A stretch of 64,000 bases of DNA from Callorhinchus milii (taxonomy: Eukaryota), in contig NW_024704742.1 in NCBI RefSeq assembly GCF_018977255.1, positions 85,748,001 to 85,812,000 of the forward strand, given 5' to 3'. The notes under the pieces are model-generated. The model searched no databases. It saw nothing but the letters and a program-made list of their open reading frames with translations, and was not told where the DNA came from. This document shows positions 1 to 12,100 of this stretch, piece after piece (the first letter of the stretch is position 1; each line of letters begins with the position of its first letter). Made by a program: the position numbers and the translations under genes.

Positions 1-112
1 CATCACCAAAAGTGTCCACGACAACTTATTCTGTGCTGTCAATCCAAGGTTCATTGCCGTGGTGACTGAGTGCGCAGGAGGAGGAGCCTTCTTCGTCATC
101 CCCATCGGCCTG
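1..112 (+). CDS. CORO2A: CORO2A first coding exon (partial): [37 protein letters not shown]
   Basis: Frame starts at base 2; donor CTG|GTATGA at 113. Confidence 0.93.
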
Positions 113-3100
113 GTATGAACTTTAATCCTCTGACTAATCACTGAGTGTTTCAGTTCCTATCGTCTGGTCAGTAAACTGTCCTCTGATCAACGCTGTTTTC
201 TCCACTGTATTGACCAGGTACCTTACGCTCTGACCTAGAAATACAACAACAGAGTAGTGCATTCAGCACCTCGAGCCTGCTGTTAATATATTAATGAAAT
301 TTCCGTTTGATACATCAGCAAAGTACTTTACAGTAATAGCTGTAAAGTTTAGCAACTGTGTATTCTGTAAGCAAACATGGCAGCCAATTTGCACTCAGTA
401 ATGTTTGACAAACAGCCATAGAGTGAATGAGCATTTTTTTATAGGAGATTGTCTCCAGGACACCAAGAGAAAATCTCTTTTCTTTTCAAATAGTACCTTG
501 GGATCCTTAACACCCACATGAACAGGCAAAGATCAGGATCTTGGTTTAACATTTACCCGATGGATGGTAGCTCTAACAATGCAGTGTCCCCCCAGCACTG
601 TTGGGAGTGTCAACAACAACAACTTTCCTTTACATGGCATCCTTCATGCGCACAGTGTTTTGGAGCACAGTGACTGTGCACTCTGCATTCTCACAGCCCT
701 CTTCTGTGTGAAGAAATGTTTTCTCAATCACAAATGGCTGCAAAAACAACTTGTGAGTTTACTGATGACCTGAATAATTCTTGCATTTGATGCAGTGTCC
801 TATCATATTCTCCAGGCTTCGCAAACCGTTTAACAGGATTTTACTGCAAAGTATTGCATTGAGATCCCAGCAGAGTGAGAGCAACAAAAACAACAATGGG
901 TTGTATAGGGCACTATACAAGTGTAACTTGTTGTTATTGTTGTAGTAGTTGGATTTATATGAAGCCCTTCACACGGGGCAGTGTCTCAGAGTGCTTAACA
1001 ATGGTGGAATCTGATGCTGAGCCTGGGGAGGGGAGGAGGTGATCGAAAATGACGGTTGAAAAGGGAGAACACTAAGAACTGCAGGGCCAGCAAATAGTAT
1101 GTTGACTATTCTTGATGAGAGGGGTCTTGTACTCTGCAGTGTTGATCTTCGAGGGCCTTTTTTGGACCCTCATTTCGCAGCAGCAGATTGATCCATATAA
1201 TTCACAATCATATCTGCAAGCTAGAGCATTAGAGTAGCACTGCCATAACAAGTTGCTGCAGTCCTCCTCTTGTCTGAACCCCTTCAGACTTGCAGCCAAG
1301 CGCTGCTAGTTAATCAGATATCTCGTGGCTTGCGCACAACTTGTGTGGCAATCTCTGCTAATGGGTTTGGAGACCACAGTTATTATATTAAGTTATATTA
1401 AAATGAAGTAAAGTGGCCCGTCCCAGGGTCCTAGGGCACTTATATTTAAATGCTATGCATTGTGTTGCTAAATTCCAGAATTGTGAATTTACGGCATTAG
1501 TTGGAAAGAGAAGGGAGTTTCTCCCTGTTGTCTTTGTCAATCCCTCAAATAAAAGTAATCATTCACTTCATGGTTGTTTGTGGGACGCTGCTGTCTGCAA
1601 AATGTCTGCCTTGTTTACATACAAAACACCTAGTCACTGTACTTCACAGTAAATCGTGTGAAATGACGCTTTATCAAATGCAAGGATTATTGAGTATCGT
1701 CATTCTTTCTGGTCCAGGACTAAATAATGCCTTTTATATGATACATTTGGAGGTCTGTTTCTCTCAGTACCAAACAATCTAAATTCAGAGGCGAGTGGAG
1801 GCTTTTGAAGTAAGGAAACTTGCCTACGATTTTGCCCCACCTGGGAATGGCAAGCATTCTAACCAATATGCCACAGGACTCCACAATAATATTCCATAGT
1901 AATAATCCTTGCATTTGATATAGCGCCTTATCACCTCTTTGAGACATCTCAAAGCGCTTCACAGAATATACTGCAAAATGGATTGACTGTATTTTGTGGG
2001 TGCAACAATGATTGTCTATAGACATTAAAAATGCACATGAAGGAGCAATATATACATTAGATTTGAAATTATTTGATCAATTTAGGGGGGGGGGGAATAA
2101 AATGAAAGCTACCGATTCTGACACCTACATTCTTGGGCAGACCCTGATTTTGTGTCTGTTGCCTATAATCATTGCTGCTGCACCTTCATTCCATTCTGTG
2201 CAGTCATAGAGTGAGTTACTTGATGCTCAACTCTTAAACTCAGTCCACGTTGAGAAGGACAGGGTGTTTTACTTTTCATTTCCAAGAACTTGAATTTTCC
2301 AAGTAGGAAAATTGTAGCAAAATAGCCTTAAATGGCCTTATAATGTGAAAACAGGCCATTCAGCCCAACTAGAGAGGCAATGTTTTTACCTTCACCCCTC
2401 TTAATCCCCTCTCCCATTCCTCTATTCCCTTCTCACGCATGCATTACGTTTCCTCTTAAATACATTAATGCTTTCTGCTTCATCCACAGCTTCCACAGTC
2501 TCACATACCTCTGAGTTCCTACTAAACTTCCTTTTAGATCTGTTACTGGCTATCTTATATTCATGCCCTCTATTTAAAATGAGATGGACTTTGCTTTACA
2601 GATTCTTGAGATTAATGGGTTTCATTTTATGATGATAACAAAATCAAAGGGAAAGTTACAAAAACACCTTTACATGGGAGGATGGTGGGGGCTTGGGGGC
2701 GCGGAGAGCAGAATATGCTGGTCTCTGCCACAAACGGCTGACGAGGCAGAGCCCATGAATTCTTTAAAAGAAGATTGCAATCAGACTCCGTTATTCCGTG
2801 CTTTAGTGTAGCGGTGGTCAGTTTATACAGTGGATGCACTGTACACTAGCGTTATAGCAGCCTGTGCATTTCCCGCTTCCGATGCCCTAGCGTCTGGCTC
2901 TCTCCTCCTCCTCCTGTTTACCTAGCAGTAAGTAGGAACCCGGTTGTTAATTGATTTGAGGATTGCTTTCTGGGGGTTATAAACCCTCCAAAAAAAAAGA
3001 TCAACGCCTAGTTTCACCCACAAAATACAAATTCACTCCACTTTACAGTATGTTCTGTGAAGCGCATTGAAATGTCTCAACGATGTGATAAGGCGCTATA

Positions 3101-6100
3101 ATCAAATACAAGGATTATTATTACATACAAACTCATCTGTAATACGGAGTGATAGAACTGTTCAGTGTAGTTCTATCACTCTGTATTACAGATGAGGTTG
3201 AATGTAATAATAATATTGTTATTAATTCCTATTAATAATTATTGTTATTAATTATAATAACAATAATAATATTATTGTGATTAACTCCTACTTGTAAACA
3301 CGTAGATCCAACAGTTGCTTGGTCCTCTACGAATCCTTGCTTTCGTTCCTGGAATAAAAACTGTAAAGTCGAGTCTTCTAAAGTCCTTTTCGAACCTCTG
3401 ACTCGATCTGGCCCGCTCGATTGATGGAATGTAACTTTTCTGGTCCGGCTGCCAGATGGAATGGGATAATGTTCTAGGTTTAAAGAGGAGCCTGTGGTAG
3501 ACAGAGCTTGTGCACATCAGCATGTTCACACAGTGGCAGGTGCTGTAGTGCTCTTGGTGCAAATCGTGTTGTGTTTTCCTGGTCGGTGTTCATCTGAAAC
3601 CGTTTTGAAGAAGAAAAACAACAACAAATAGCATTTATGTAGTGCCTTTCACGTCGGGAGGACGTCCCAATATGCTGGACAGTGAAGGATTTGCATCCGA
3701 GCTAGGGGTTGGACTTGAGAGGTGTGGAGAGCAAGGGGGTGGAGGTGGATGGATGACAAAAGGCATGGTCAAAGAGAAAGGTCTTGAGACGAGCCTTGAA
3801 GGAGGCAAGGGAGGGGGCAAGGTGTAGAGTTTCTGAGATGGATTTCCAGAGGGTGGGGGCAGAGAGGCTGAAAACCTGACCACCGATGGAAAGAAAGACT
3901 TCAAGCTGTAAAAATATTGGAGAACAGAGGGGTGGAACCTTGTGCAGAGCATAAACCCTGATATGGACTAACCAGTCAAAAGGCCTGTTTCTGTGACGTA
4001 TCATTCCATGTAATTCCATGTTATAATCCTTGTATTTAATAAGGCGCCTTTCACATCAGGAGGACGTTTCCAACTGCTTTACAGGATTTACTATAAAGCG
4101 TAGTAACTGTTTACTTGTAGGTAGATGTGGCAGCCCATTTACACAGCAGTGTCTCACAAACATCCATGAAGTGGGGGACCAGTTTTATGTGGGGGATTGT
4201 TGGCTGGGACACCAGGAGAAACTCTTTTTTCTTTTCAATTCATGGGTTCTTTAACGTCCACCCGATCAGGCAGGTGGGACCTCGGTTTAATGTCTCATCC
4301 AAAGGATGGCAGCTCCAACAGTGTAACACCCGACTCCCAGTACTGCATTGGAGTTTCATTTCAGAGTGGGAACTCTGTGTTGAAGTGTGGCTTGAACCCA
4401 TGATCATCAGGGCCAAGCTGAGAATCAAATGAACTATACGATTACAATATAATTTATATTTATACGGTGCCTTTCACAACAAGAGGACGCCTCAAATCAC
4501 TTGATGGGGTGGGGAGGGGAAAGATGACTGAAAACGTGGCAAATGAAATAAGTTTTGAACATTGTTAACAATTCCGAAAGACTGACTGTTCAGCGCCTTG
4601 GGACGTCCTCTCGATGTGAAAGGCGCTATACAAATGTAATTTTGTTGTTGTTGTTGTGGTTTTCAAGCATGCCTTGAATGAGGGGAGGGAGGGAGTCAGA
4701 GGAACTCTGGGATGGAGAGCGGGTGGGTGGGGGGGGTGCTCAGAGTAGCTAAATGGTGGGGTGGATAGGGCTGGGGACATGAAGCAAGCTGGAGTTCGCT
4801 GAGCTATGAATGTGTGGGTGAAGTGTTGGCGGTGTAGTGCAGTAGGTCTCTGTAGGGGCCCAGTGTGTGATTGCTGCACACCTTTGTTTGTCTCCTGTGA
4901 CAAGTACAATGGGCACGAATTGTATGCCACAGGTAAAGGTGCGGGACACCGCTGACCCCTCAGTCCAGAGTTGGTGCTGCAGGAGACACTGCGCTTAAGG
5001 TAGAAAAGCACATGTTGGGCGCAGTCCTCCCAACAGAACGGACTCCCTGAAGTGAAACACTCACCTATGACTCCCTTTTGATCCTCATTTGCAGCTACCC
5101 GAGTACAGAAACCTGCAGCGTGCCATTACTTACCTTCTGCCAACCGGAAAGAAACATCATTTCAGCCCGACCTTCTGCTTTCTATGTGGCAACCACCTTT
5201 CTATCCAAACCAACAAAATTGGCCACGACTGTTTGTGGAACACCGCTCTGTGCAATTGGCTGCTGCGTTTCGCCCACAAAATATACAGTCAATTCACTTT
5301 ATGGTATATTCTGTGAAGCGCTTTGAGACGTCTCAACGACGTGATAAGGCTCTATATCAAATTGCAAGAATTATTATTATTATATTGATGTCCTTCGCTT
5401 CAACGTTTATTACAGATTTAGATGACCTGTGATTTGGTTTAGTTTGACAAAAGGAAGGAGGCTACTGCCACCAAGAGGATTTTTGCGGTGTGGGAAAAAA
5501 AGTTTTTTTGTATAAAAAAGTTTCAAAGAGCTCATTAGCATCACTTGTTTTGAACTGTGTGGATAACAGTATTTGTGGTGGATTTCTTCTGACATTGATT
5601 TAGAGTATGTCCTTTGCTGGTCTCAGTGATTCCCTTCTCACACAACTCCTCAGCTCTCTCATACAGATCACTGCTTTCATTTACATCCTTTGGATGAAAA
5701 GTGACACCACTTCACAGTATATCCTGTGAAGCACTTTGAGGTGTCTTGACGAGATATGGCATGATATCAAATGCAAGGATTATTATTATTGTACATTCAG
5801 TTGGTAAGAATAAGAATTAAATCTTTGAAGCACAGAACCATTATCTGCATCTTGCTTCCGAATGAAGAAAAGAATTTCAGATGAGATCAGTCAAGCCAGT
5901 GATTGCATTGGCAGAGCAGGTACCTGTGCAGCAGTTTCAAATAGTGGGCTCAAAATCGCCTTACTGAATTCCTTTATAAGAAATCACATTTACCAGAGCA
6001 ACACTGCTGTCAGAGCAGATATGCCTCTAGTTTGTATACAATCTGTTACCTGTTTGCAGTACTCACATTTCTTAGAAAGGAATCACAAAAATAGCACAAA

Positions 6101-9100
6101 TTCCGGTGGATACTAGATCTTGATCTTGATCCAGTATTTCAAGATAAATATTCAATCCACTTGGGGGACAATTTGTGACTTTGCTGTAAAGCTCGCTGGA
6201 GCTTGACACTCTGCTCTGCCTGGTTATTTTGTGGGATTTTGGCTGGGAAAGGTTTTAACCCAGATAATGTTTCTATTGCAAGACAGGAAAACTTGACCCG
6301 TTGTATCCGAAGGTTTGTGGTCACCGAGGGAATGTGCTGGATGTCAAGTGGAACCCGTTTGATGACTGGATAGTGGCTTCTTGTTCTGAGGATTGCACGG
6401 TGAGTCTTTGGCTTCCATGTTCCCATGTGCTTCCCTGGGTAGAAGGGCATCTGCCTAATGCAAGACTTAACTGTGTTACAGTACATATTACTAGGCAGCA
6501 ACTGTTTAATTCCCAGGGTCTGGTGTGTGAATTGGTTAACCGTGTGGAAAAGTGTGTGTTTCATACACCCAGTGGAAATCTGTATGTGTTATATACACTG
6601 TGTGTGTGTGTCATACATTGTATAGATATGTGGTATATACTCTGTGTTGTGTGTGTTATACATTGTGTGGAGATCTGTGTATGATATATACTGTGTGTAT
6701 GTGTTATACTATGAGTGTGATATATACTGTGTGTGTGTTATATATTGTATGTGTGTGTATTATATAGTGTGTGTGTGTGTGTGTTATAAACTGTGTGTGA
6801 GTGTTAGATACTGTGTGTGTGTTATATGCTGTGTGTGTGATATATACTGTGTGTATTGTATACCGTGTATATTATACAATGTGTGTGATATAACCTCTGT
6901 GCATCTGTGTGTATTATATACTATAATGTAATAATAATGATCCTTGCATTTGATATAGCGCTTTTCACGTCTTCTAGACGTCTCAAAGCACTTCACAGAA
7001 TATGCTGTGAAGTGAATTGATTGTATATTTGTGGATGAAACGCGGCAGCCAATTGGACACAGCAGTGTCCCACAAACAGTCGTGGATTGAAAATGACCAA
7101 TTTATTATTGTTTTTGGTTTTTTGGAGGGATTATTATTAGGGGTGTGGAGTAAGGAAACTTGCCCAAGGTTTCGCCCTCTGCCTGGAATTGAACCCAGGT
7201 GTCTCGCTTGCAAGGCGAGTGCTCTAACCACTGAGCTACAGGACTCCAGTGTATATAATATACTGTGTGTATTATATACTGGGTGTGTACTGTATATTGT
7301 GTGTGATATATACTGTGTGTATGTGTGTATTATATACTGGGTGTGTATTATAATAATAACAATAATAATAATCCTTGCATGTGAAATACTGGATATATTT
7401 GTGTGTGTTATACTCTGTGTGCACAGAGGGAAATACAGATGCCTCAGTTTTATCACAAAGAAACAATTATTAATTATGAAACTGAAAATCAATTCTTTCC
7501 CATCACATGGCCCATAATAAGTAGACTGTGTATACTCAATCTGCCTTTCACTAAAATCAATGCTAACCCTAGCACAGCTCACTGACAACCTTTAGTACAA
7601 AACATATCTTAGATTTAAATCAACAAACTAGAACATAAGACAACATGAACAGACCATTCAGCCTACTGGCTGCCGGATTTTCCTACAAAATACACAGTCG
7701 AGCTACTTTATAATATAATCTGTGAAGCGCTTTGAAATGTCTTGACGGTGTGATAAGGCGCTATATCAAACGCAAGGATTATTATTATAATTATTATCAA
7801 CCTCCCTCTTAAAGGACCATCTACGTAGATGCCACTCACAACACGCACGGATTTTCCTTCAGGTTATTTGGATTCCAGATTGAGGATTTCCGAGATGGAT
7901 TTACACAGGATTAGAATAAATCTGAGACTTGATTAATTTTTTTTGAGGGGGAAAAAACAATTTCTAGACCGAGGAGAGCCTGACTAGTTTAATCTGGTTG
8001 ATTTATCCACATAATCTCATGGATTATACCAGTAAATTAATCTTGACACTCACAGGGTGCTTTTTAATGTGCAGTAATATTTTAATCCATTAAAAACATG
8101 TACCTTCTGAAATAATTGCAAAGTATAGCTTTGAAATACGCAAAGACCTTTAGGGTGGAATATCCCACTGGACTGGAGATCGCAGGGTTGAGTTTTGGGA
8201 GAAATTCCCGTTACGCCCTGATCATTCAAACCACGGTAAACTGATAGGATAGAATCTCCTTCGCAGGCTCTAATCCCACTTCTTAATGTTGTCAGCTCAA
8301 TCCTACAGAGAGACCGCGCTTCAGACTTCCAGCTCTGTGTCGCCTTGAATTGGAGCTGACCAAACACTGGGATTCTAGGCTGTTGTTTTTTAAGATTATA
8401 AAGAGCAGTTTGGCTCTTTCACTAAAACAGTGGGTTCAGAGTCCCCAGAGCTATTCAGCTTTGAGTGGAGCCTCGGGCAGTGAACAAACCCAATTGTGAT
8501 GGTCTCCACAAGCTGATAAATAGCACTGTTTGACTCCATATAAAAACAACATGCATTATACAGTGCCCTTCACATAGGCTAACATCCACGAGCCCTGTAA
8601 ACACTGTTGTTGGGGTCTGTAAAACAAGCCCCTGATTATAATGCAGTGCAGGTCATTGTCCCCATACCTGACTGAGCCTCACTCAGGGGCCAGCACACTG
8701 GCTCGGGAGGCTGGTCAGTGGCCCACAACTCAGGAACAACAACAACCAAATGACATTTGTATAGCGCCTTTCACGTCGGGAGGACGTCCCAAGGCGCTGG
8801 ACAGACAGTGCTTCAGACTCGAGCTGGGGGTCAGGATTGGTGAAGGTGGAGGGTAGGGGGGAAAGCAGGGTGATCGAAGGCACTGTCGAAGAGGAGGGAC
8901 TTGAGACAGGTCTTGAAAGAGGCAAGGGAGGGGGCAGGTGGAGGGACTGTAGGATGGAGTTCCAGAGGCTGGGGGCAGAGTAGCTGAAGGCTCACCCGCC
9001 AATGGTGGATCGCAGAGCAGAGCATAGTGCAGAGGACACGGGCTGCAGAATTTCGGATTATCTGCAGCCTATGGAGGGAGTTGTTGGGGAGGCCGACAAG

Positions 9101-12100
9101 CAGGACATTTGCATTGTCAAGCCTGAATGTTATGAATGCGTGCATGTGAGTCTCGGTAGCCTGCAGTGAGAGACAATGGCGGAACCGAGCGATATTGCAG
9201 AGGTGGAGAAAGGTGGAGCTGTCATGACATGGACGTGGGGTATGAAGGATAGGTGAGTGTCGAACAGGACACAGAGGTTCTGTATTTGCTCCATGAGATG
9301 TAGAGTGCATTTATGGAAGAAGATGGTGTCAGCGCCCAAGGTATGGTGGCGCTGATGGGAGCCAAGCAGGAGGGCCTTGGTCTTGTTGACATTCAGCTGC
9401 AGTTTGCTCTCATCCAGGGCTTGATGTCCGGCAGGCAGTCTGTGAGAACGGCAATGGTCCTGGAGTCAAGGGTGGAGGCAGAGAGGTAGAGTTGGGTGTC
9501 ATCCGCCTACATGTGGAAGTTGACCCCATGTCTGCAGATGATGTCACGAAGGGGGAGCATATAGATATTGAAAAGGAGAGACCCAAGGAGTAGAGGAGAA
9601 GCTGTTACTGGCAACAAAGTGGAGGCGGTGTGAGAGGTAGGATTCGAACCAGGCAAGAGCAAGTCCGTGAAGGTTGAGCTGAGAGGAGAGGCACTGTAGG
9701 AGGATAGAATGGTCGACAGTGTCGAAGGCAGCAGAGAGGTCGAGGAGGACAAGGAGGCAGAGAGAGCCCTGGTCACAGATATTCAGAATGTTGTTAGTGA
9801 ATTTGACCAGGGCTGTTTCTGTATTGGGGGGGGTTCAGAGAGGGAATGGCAGGAATGGAAAGAGCGAAGCTTAGATGTGACGACTTGTTTCAGTGCCTTG
9901 GAGAGGGATGGGCCGATAGCTGGAGAGTAGGGATGGGTTGTTTGAGGATGGGCATGATAACAGTTGTAGAATAAATAGGAGAATTTTGAGGGAAAGTTTG
10001 GAGGGGTGATAAAGGGTAAGGTACTTAAAGGAGGGAAAGGTTCCAGAGGAGTAAGGGGATAGGCCGAGCGAGCACCGGGAGATGAGAGCCACACCACCAC
10101 CATGGTGGTTAGGTCGTGGGATATGATGGAATGTGTCTGTGTGTGTCTGTATGTTTGTGTGGGTGTCTATGCTTGTGTCTGTGTCTACGTTGCATCTGTG
10201 TGTATGTGTGTGTGTTCCGGCGATAGATCCAATGCCCCTTCACTCTCCTTATTTACCGTTACACTCAGTTTATTTTACGTCCCGTTAACACACCCTGCTC
10301 TGGCCACAACATCCCATTAGCCAAAATTTTGTGCCCTCTAGCCCTAGCCACATGTCGCCTATGATGCCAAGTGACCATTGCTCATGTGTGAGCCTTGGTA
10401 GTGAGCGTCGACAGATCACACAACGTTAGAGGATGTCATGGCCGAGCAGCACTTTCTTCACTTGGCTGCCATACCCAGGCACCGCCAGCACAACTCAAAA
10501 TGTACTTCTTTGACCATGTTTTGGTCATCTTTCCCCTCCCCACCCCTCTCAGCTCCCACCCCCAGCTCGGGTGGTTCATCCAGCATTGTCTAGTGTGTGT
10601 GACACACTAGAATCCCAGTTAAACTCCGGAAACCCACCTAAAGTATCCGCGTGCCAGTTTTGTGATTATCGATTGTTTCATTCCAGTGCCTTGGGACGTC
10701 CTCCCGACGTGAAAGGTGCTATACAAATGTAATCTTGTTGTTGTTGTTGTTGTTGTTGTTTATTTCAGATTAAACTATGGGAGATTCCCAAGTGCGGAAT
10801 CATAAAAAACATTGTGAATTCAAAGCTGGAGTTGCAGGGTCACTCCCGGAGAGTGGGACTCATCGAATGGCACCCGACAGCCAAAGACATTCTCTTTAGT
10901 GCCGGGTACGACTACCGGGTAAGCCAGAGGTTGTCGCAAAGACACTGTCACAATGTTAGGGGTGGGGAGGGAGTGGGGGAAGAGGGAAGGGGAGTGGAGT
11001 CAGAGAGGGAGTTGTGTGAGGGCGAGGAGTTGTGGAATGGGGGGAAGGGGTTATGGAGTGGGGGAAGCCTGTTTTAAGCAGGTGGGCAGGGGACACAATG
11101 TGGACTGGCATTGCTGAGCAGTGAGAGTAGCCAGGAAGGTTGGGTTGCAAGAGGTGGCAGAGGTAGATTGGGGTGGAGGGATTTGAACGTGAGGACGAGG
11201 ATCTTGAATTGGATCCGCTGCGGGACGGGGAGCCAATGGAGCCAAGCGAGAGTGAGAGGGTTGGGTTTGCGGAGCCTCGTACGGAGATTTGGATAAAATA
11301 CAAAATTACATTTGTAAAGGGTCATTCACATCGGGAGGACATCCCAAGGTGCTGGACAGTCAGGGATTTGGACCCAAATGGAGGTGGGGTGGGGTGGGGG
11401 TGGGGGCTGGTTGGGATCAGGGAGAGGTGGGTGGGTGACTGAAGGCATGGTCGAAGAGGAAGACCTTGAGACAGTCTGTCAGGACAGCAGTGGTCCTGGA
11501 GTCGAGGGTGGAGGCAGTGAGATAGAGTTGAGTGTCATTCGCATACATGTGGAAGTTGACTCCATGTTTGCGGATGATGTCACCAAGAGGGAGTATGTAT
11601 AAGTTGAAAGGGAGGGGACCAAGGACAGAGCCTTAAGGAACTGCACACGAGACAGTGTGGGGGATGGAGGAGAAGCCATTTGTGGAGATGAAGTGGAGAC
11701 AGTGTGAGAGGTAGGATCTGAACTATTCAAGGACAGAACCATGAAGATTAAGGTCAGAGGGGAGGCGATGGTTAAGGATAAAGTGGTCAACAGTGGCAAA
11801 GACCATGAAAAATTTTGAGACAGATGTTGGATCAGCTTCCAATGTAAACACATTCATTCTAAAGTGTCCAATAGATTTCACTCACAGAGAGCTCAGAGTC
11901 CAGCTGATGCTCCATTGCGGTAGTGTGGGAGCATCACAATTGTCAGAGGCATTGGGGTGAGACAGTCCTAGCTACGTCATAGGGAGAAACTTTAAAGATC
12001 ATGGCCATTGTTTTGAATCTTATTTGTTCACCCTTTATGTTTCTTGTTGCAGGTTATGATCTGGAAGCTGAATTGGGAAGAATCGGTCATTACAAACCCA

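Noticed and set aside
6552..7588. Cluster of Cys/Val/Tyr- and His/Thr-rich ORFs
   Set aside because: These are translations of TG/TA microsatellite and SINE sequence.
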